From assembly GCA_023398815.1 (NCBI GenBank), contig JAEWRW010000020.1, positions 130,474 through 194,473 of the forward strand: a stretch of 64,000 bases of DNA, read 5' to 3'. The stretch is from Bacillota bacterium (lineage in GTDB: Bacteria; Bacillota; Clostridia; Christensenellales; UMGS416). The translations under genes were made by a program, and so were the position numbers. The number at the start of each line of letters is the position of its first letter. Positions within the stretch are counted from its first letter, which is position 1. Below are positions 63,246 through 64,000 of the stretch, in pieces. The notes below the pieces were generated by a model that did no database searches, was not told the origin of the DNA, and saw nothing but the letters and a program-made list of their open reading frames with translations.

Positions 63246-64000
63246 ATGAAATCGAACGTTTACTTCACGCGGGACATCTCTTCCCAGGGGTTGCTCCGCA
63301 TCTATGACGCCCTTGGCGTTGCACTCCCGGGCAAGGTTGCCGTCAAGATCTCCACCGGCGAGCCCGGCGGCCACAACTTCCTGCAGCCGGAGTTGATCAA
63401 AGCGCTTGTGGCTAAGCTCAACGGCACCATTGTGGAGTGCAACACGGCGTACGAAGGGAAGCGCTACTCCTCCAAGGATCACTGGCAGGCCATCCGCGAC
63501 CACGGTTTTTTTGGTATCGCGCCGTGCGACATCATGGATGAATTTGGTGAAGTCTCGATCACGGTTGAGGGCGGCGTCCACCTCAAGGAGAACTTCGTTG
63601 GCGAGCATCTGAAGAATTACGACTCCATGCTGATGCTCTCCCATTTCAAGGGCCACCTGATGGGCGGCTTCGGCGGGGCGCTCAAGAACATGTCCATCGG
63701 CGTTGCTTCCTCCCATGGCAAGGCGCACATCCACGGGGTGGGGGATCCTGCGGCGCTATGGACGGCCGACCACGACTCCTTCCTGGAGTGTATGGCGGAC
63801 GCCTGCAAGGCCGTGATGGACCACATGGGCCGAGAGAAGATTGTGTACATCAATATCGCCAACAAACTCTCCATCGACTGCGACTGTGACTCCAACCCCC
63901 ACGACCCGGAAATGGCGGATCTTGGCATCTTCGCCTCGCTCGATCCTGTGGCGCTGGATCAGGCCTGTGTCGACGCGGTGTACGCCTCGCCGGACCTGGG
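63246..64000 (+). CDS. DUF362 domain-containing protein, N-terminal ~251 codons; it continues past the window end
   Basis: Own translation from the ATG at 63246, 5 nt after GAAGGAGA: MKSNVYFTRDISSQGLLRIYDALGV...MLSHFKGHLMGGFGGALKNMSIGVAS...SIDCDCDS. It stays open to position 64000. It is absent from the ORF track. Confidence 0.75.
   Translation, partial: MKSNVYFTRDISSQGLLRIYDALGVALPGKVAVKISTGEPGGHNFLQPELIKALVAKLNGTIVECNTAYEGKRYSSKDHWQAIRDHGFFGIAPCDIMDEFGEVSITVEGGVHLKENFVGEHLKNYDSMLMLSHFKGHLMGGFGGALKNMSIGVASSHGKAHIHGVGDPAALWTADHDSFLECMADACKAVMDHMGREKIVYINIANKLSIDCDCDSNPHDPEMADLGIFASLDPVALDQACVDAVYASPDL

Noticed and set aside
62655-63734. 359-aa minus-strand ORF
   Set aside because: It runs antisense through the flavodoxin gene, its RBS spacer and the DUF362 gene. 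Both sense genes have RBSs and family motifs.

Overview
64-kb chromosomal segment from a high-GC, Gram-positive-type genome. AGGAGG Shine-Dalgarno sites, GC-rich third codon positions and the protein families suggest Clostridia/Oscillospiraceae, but that taxon call is inference only. I call 45 protein-coding genes. Two are cut by the window edges and are missing from the ORF track: an MFS transporter at 1-1005 (-) and a DUF362 protein at 63246-64000 (+). By eye I saw no rRNA, tRNA, CRISPR array, transposase, integrase or phage genes. Gene content from left to right: (1) a MarR-controlled operon with two HlyD-type adaptors and an asymmetric heterodimeric ABC exporter; (2) an 11.5-kb LacI-controlled cytoplasmic sugar locus with two GH9-like paralogs, ThuA-like, VOC, TIM-barrel, BadF-type kinase, double-SIS and MBL enzymes, and no transporter; (3) a GGDEF / FGGY kinase / GH32-like operon; (4) an APC permease and a histidine kinase paired with a REC-TPR regulator; (5) GH78-like plus amidohydrolase, DUF815 ATPase and a polysaccharide deacetylase; (6) a Cache kinase / REC-HD-GYP / orphan solute-binding protein operon; (7) an LRR-FN3 surface protein next to a LuxR regulator and a hybrid kinase with Hpt domain; (8) a DEAD-box helicase and a GH30 / amidohydrolase / unknown operon; (9) an AT-richer guanine-deaminase-like gene; (10) a 1538-aa Gly-rich beta-helix / B-repeat / FN3 surface protein; (11) a DUF5060/DUF4038 glycosidase; (12) an ArsR regulator with a Cys-rich-loop permease; (13) flavodoxin and DUF362 behind a MerR-style promoter. 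Many long ORFs in the track are antisense shadow ORFs typical of high-GC DNA, and I rejected them. All family assignments rest on motifs read by eye. No database search was run.
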